DNA of 64,000 nt from Zootoca vivipara (taxonomy: Eukaryota). The number at the start of each line of letters is the position of its first letter. Positions within the stretch are counted from its first letter, which is position 1. Below the pieces are notes generated by a model that was given only the letters and a program-made list of their open reading frames with translations, did not search any database and was not told where the DNA came from. This document shows, one piece after another, positions 63,941-64,000 of the stretch. The stretch is from NCBI RefSeq assembly GCF_963506605.1, contig NC_083276.1, positions 82,212,001 to 82,276,000 of the forward strand, in the 5' to 3' direction. Made by a program: the position numbers and the translations under genes.

Positions 63941-64000
63941 CCATTCATTAGTGAGATTTATATGCTGCTTTATAAGAAAAAGTTATTTCTGGGGTCAGAA

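Noticed and set aside
1-64000. A novel multi-gene system, CRISPR array or prokaryotic operon
   Set aside because: All long credible ORFs are ORs or LINE remnants. There is no regularly spaced repeat-spacer array, and the DNA is vertebrate.

Overview
This is vertebrate nuclear DNA, not prokaryotic: part of a class II (gamma; OR family 5/8/9-type) olfactory receptor cluster. The repeat content (Sauria SINE, Squam3-like SINE, BovB, CR1, L2, L1, Penelope-like, hAT and Tc1/mariner MITEs, solo LTRs) indicates a squamate reptile, probably a lacertid lizard (inference). I find 10 intact single-exon OR ORFs: two 'type A' (+), four 'type B' (+), one OR5AR1-like (-) and three OR9G1-like (-). There is also one full-length OR with a single nonsense codon and five OR relics. 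I see no new multi-gene system; the interest is in how the cluster evolves. Main points: (1) a SINE supplies the stop codon of two intact ORs. (2) A Penelope-type insertion carries a minimal hammerhead ribozyme motif inside an OR pseudogene. (3) Gene-conversion-like tracts are confined to coding sequence. (4) A tandem duplication has its breakpoint inside an OR. (5) An intact OR has lost its canonical splice acceptor. (6) A 22-bp homeodomain+O/E (Lhx2/Ebf-like) composite is conserved between otherwise diverged paralogous upstream regions. All alignments were done by eye, and family names come from recalled consensus features, not from database searches.
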